Source of the DNA: a virus
Lineage: Duplodnaviria; Caudoviricetes
IMG/VR virus record: IMGVR_UViG_3300038492_000273
Location: 1-35,940 of that record
Strand: one strand, 5' to 3'
Length of the DNA stretch: 35,940 nt
In this document: positions 33,762 through 35,940 of the stretch, piece by piece
Position numbering within the stretch: position 1 is the stretch's first letter
Layout of the letters: every line of letters starts with the position of its first letter
Program-made: the position numbers and the translations under genes
Notes under the pieces: model-generated
Told to the model about the DNA's origin: nothing
The model's database searches: none
The model's input: the letters and a program-made list of their open reading frames with translations, nothing else

Positions 33762-33857
33762 TGTCTAACTCCAAGACAAGGCAGCCACCTCACAAATTCG
33801 CCTTTGTTCCGGCTGCCGGGAAAATAGCCCGTAACCTGTGTTCGGGCTTTTTCTTTT
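33762..33857 (+). ncRNA. Candidate ~95-nt sRNA or attenuating leader
   Basis: Bounded by a promoter and an intrinsic terminator; internal stem GGCAGCC/GGCTGCC with a C/U-rich loop. Confidence 0.4.
33826..33857 (+). terminator. Intrinsic terminator
   Basis: AGCCCG(T)AAC-CTGT-GTTCGGGCT followed by TTTTCTTTT. Confidence 0.7.
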
Positions 33858-33858
33858 C

Positions 33859-34065
33859 ATGAATACAATCTATTACTGGCTCTGGAATCACCGCGTTTTG
33901 TTTTATTCGGTGATCATCGCTCATTTTGTTCTCACCGGAATTGCCAGTTTTGTTTCAGGCGAGTGGCAGTTATTTAACTTTCATGAGTGGGACCCACCGG
34001 GACGGGCACTGTATGCTTTAATGCAATTTATAGTTGCTGGCTTGTGCTGGACATCAAGAATATGA
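33859..34065 (+). CDS. Small 2-TM membrane protein
   Basis: Two hydrophobic segments; ATGA overlap with the next gene; no clear RBS. Confidence 0.5.
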   Translation: MNTIYYWLWNHRVLFYSVIIAHFVLTGIASFVSGEWQLFNFHEWDPPGRALYALMQFIVAGLCWTSRI

Positions 34066-34412
34066 AAATCAATTACCCCAAGATCTCGAACAAGGTAAAA
34101 GGTTGCGCTCACCTGTGGTTTCGATTGCTGGCTGCTGCCATGAACGATTCCGGGCAGGGCATGAAGGCTTGCTTCGAAGATGGCAAGCTGAAGCTCGAGG
34201 TCGACTGGACCGAGCAAACTTTCAAGCAAGTGTTCTGGGAAGGGTACTTCGGCATGATGTATCCGGAGCATGATGGCATGGCTGATCTCAACACTTACGA
34301 ATTCGAACAGATCCGGTTGAACATCGAACGAGCGATGGCCGATGTGTTCAACATTACTGATGTTCCATTTCCAAGCGAGGATGATTTGAAAAATGCAAAA
34401 CGTAACCCCTGA
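34062..34412 (+). CDS. NinB/Orf-like recombination accessory protein
   Basis: 'HLWFRLLAAAMNDSG...WTEQTFK..FW...ADLNT.EF...VPFPS' follows the NinB-like family layout. Confidence 0.5.
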   Translation: MKINYPKISNKVKGCAHLWFRLLAAAMNDSGQGMKACFEDGKLKLEVDWTEQTFKQVFWEGYFGMMYPEHDGMADLNTYEFEQIRLNIERAMADVFNITDVPFPSEDDLKNAKRNP

Positions 34413-34614
34413 TATGATCCGTGCCAAGATGGCCGAAGTTGATCTGACCAATGCTCAGGTTTATCGAACATTGAATATCAGCAAGGGCTGGTTTGCCAAG
34501 ATGATCATGAAGAATGAACGGTACAAGTTCGACACTCCCAACGAAGACCGGATGCAGCACATCTGGAATTTCCTGCTGGCGTATGAAGAATTCCGCAAGC
34601 AGTGGAGACTGTAA
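34393..34614 (+). CDS. Cro/XRE-like HTH regulator
   Basis: 73 aa; 'IRAKM...LTNAQVYRTLNISKGWFAKM...TPNEDRMQHIWNFL'; GAGG RBS. Confidence 0.65.
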   Translation: MQNVTPDMIRAKMAEVDLTNAQVYRTLNISKGWFAKMIMKNERYKFDTPNEDRMQHIWNFLLAYEEFRKQWRL

Positions 34615-34847
34615 CCCACAAGAAAACGGTCAGAGGTTGGCGGTTGATGTGGATTACCCCGATCGATGACGAATCCAAAATACTTCATGCTTCGGGTTCG
34701 AAACGAAACATGATGTTCCACCGAGATAAAGAGGAATGCTTTCAGGCATTCTTTTTGAACCCGCATGATCACCTTGGCTTCTTCAAAACATCCGAAGAAG
34801 CGATGAATGCACTCGAAGAAAAAGAGCGAGAGAACAGTGGTTCCTAA
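34602..34847 (+). CDS. Hypothetical protein
   Basis: 81 aa with a GTG start overlapping the previous gene. Confidence 0.5.
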   Translation: METVTHKKTVRGWRLMWITPIDDESKILHASGSKRNMMFHRDKEECFQAFFLNPHDHLGFFKTSEEAMNALEEKERENSGS

Positions 34848-34896
34848 TCTCTTCGGGGTATACCTGATCATACTTGAAAATGAACGGAGAAAAACT

Positions 34897-35202
34897 ATGA
34901 GTCTACAAGAACACCCAGCAGCAGCAATAGGTGTTGGCCATACAGAAATACCACGAGAAGCAAAGCACTCGCGACTCTGGTATCAGATCCATCGATTGAA
35001 TGAAGTTTCAATTCGGCTGGAAGAGTTTTTGTCGAGGATTAACAATCCACCCAGCGCATCACTCAGAGATAAGGCGCCTGCCCCGGCTTTGGAAGAAGTG
35101 CCGTTATCTGAAGTGCTGAATGGCGGGCCGGATCATATTGCTGGTTATATCGATACTATTAATGAGCGAATCGATATGATCGAGCGAGAGTTGTTCGGAT
35201 GA
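34897..35202 (+). CDS. Hypothetical protein
   Basis: ATG at 34897 follows GGAG; ATGA overlap downstream. Confidence 0.6.
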   Translation: MSLQEHPAAAIGVGHTEIPREAKHSRLWYQIHRLNEVSIRLEEFLSRINNPPSASLRDKAPAPALEEVPLSEVLNGGPDHIAGYIDTINERIDMIERELFG

Positions 35203-35477
35203 GAGTGATCTATAAGTACGATCTGCAAGTTACCGAAGTCCAGACCATTGAGTTGCCGGCGGGTGCTGAGATCTTAACGGTTCAAATGCAACATGGGATG
35301 CCGCAGCTTTGGGCTTTGATCGATCCGAATGAGTTAGGCAGGGAACCTGTGGGTATTGTAATTATTGGTACCGGTCATCCGATTGATGATGCAGCTATAA
35401 AGCTGCTCAAATATATCAATACCTTTCAGGTTGATGATGGGAATTTCATCTTCCATGTTTTCCAGACTCAGAATTAA
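35199..35477 (+). CDS. Conserved small phage protein of unknown function
   Basis: 'IYKYDL...IELPAGAEILTVQ.Q...LWALIDP...GTGHPI...YINTFQ...FIFHVF' is a pattern I recognise from many phages. Confidence 0.75.
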   Translation: MRVIYKYDLQVTEVQTIELPAGAEILTVQMQHGMPQLWALIDPNELGREPVGIVIIGTGHPIDDAAIKLLKYINTFQVDDGNFIFHVFQTQN

Positions 35478-35510
35478 AAACGCCCCTTGACTCGGACGGA
35501 TCAAGAGGCG
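35476..35510 (-). terminator. Intrinsic terminator oriented on the minus strand
   Basis: Minus strand CGCCTCTTGA-10 nt-TCAAGGGGCG-TTTTT; the G-U pair and U tract work only on the minus strand. Confidence 0.5.
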
Positions 35511-35521
35511 TACCATCGGAT

Positions 35522-35800
35522 GTGCTACCAACCAGAGGGATTTGTCCCACCTTATACAGACAAATCTCTTTGGTTGCAAGACCTACCAGTCAAAATGGAC
35601 AGTTCTCAGTTCGGTCGTAGCAGAAGTCAGCGGCAGGGTTCACCCGGAATGACCGTTGGTTAGAAGCATGATGGCAGGATGCCAGAGAGCCGGGGGGCTT
35701 CGAACGTGAACTCATCCGTTTCGCAAGTTCTCAAGTGGCGCAGCGATGCGTCCCTTGGGTAAACTACGTCCGGAATCTATCCGAATCGCAAGTCAAACAG
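35522..35800 (+). ncRNA. Candidate structured non-coding RNA
   Basis: No credible ORF; 18-bp stem 35529-35576; GCGA-tetraloop stem 35730-35759; upstream TTGACT-18 bp-TACCAT at 35487-35516. Confidence 0.4.
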
Positions 35801-35832
35801 GTTAAACAGTACTCCTTACTATAATCCTATAC

Positions 35833-35861
35833 TGGACAACGCCGGGGATCTCGCCTATACT
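35833..35861 (+). promoter_or_regulatory. sigma70-like promoter pointing out of the window
   Basis: TGGACA(35833-35838)-17 bp-TATACT(35856-35861). Confidence 0.5.
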
Positions 35862-35940
35862 ATCACAAATTAACGATTACAAAGGCGACTACATTTTGGA
35901 TCTCTGGCCTACTCAAGAGCGCACCATCACCCGCTTGAGC

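Noticed and set aside
245-35477. Stop-codon recoding / alternative genetic code
   Set aside because: Core genes are full length under code 11, and TAA, TAG and TGA all serve as stops at tightly tiled junctions.

Overview
This 35.9 kb window is most of the genome of a tailed dsDNA phage with podovirus (P22/BPP-1-like) architecture and an N4-gp56-family major capsid protein. The host is Gram-negative, as shown by the two-component spanins, and promoters are sigma70-type. Bases 1-17 are an untrimmed random-amplification primer. The plus strand (about 250-26538) carries small unknown genes, a probable TerS, a tail-fibre-like gene, an amidase endolysin with spanins, TerL, portal, a cluster of small membrane and His-rich genes (including a near-passengerless YadA-anchor protein), a second fibre/spike, scaffold, capsid, tail adaptor and nozzle, three ejection proteins and a third fibre. 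The minus strand (26539-33641) carries early/accessory genes, including a sulfotransferase-like protein, a short C5-methyltransferase-like protein, a PD-(D/E)XK nuclease and an SSB-like protein. A divergent control region at about 33650-33860 leads into NinB-like and Cro-like genes and a structured non-coding end. I recognised no integrase, polymerase, primase or helicase, so the contig may be incomplete. The most notable observations are a perfectly palindromic bidirectional promoter, an adjacent candidate sRNA whose loop is complementary to two early ribosome-binding regions, further structured promoter-proximal RNAs, the YadA-anchor/HxH membrane cluster, and microhomology repeats linking three accessory genes. 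All protein calls come from motif recognition by eye and from synteny; no database search was run.
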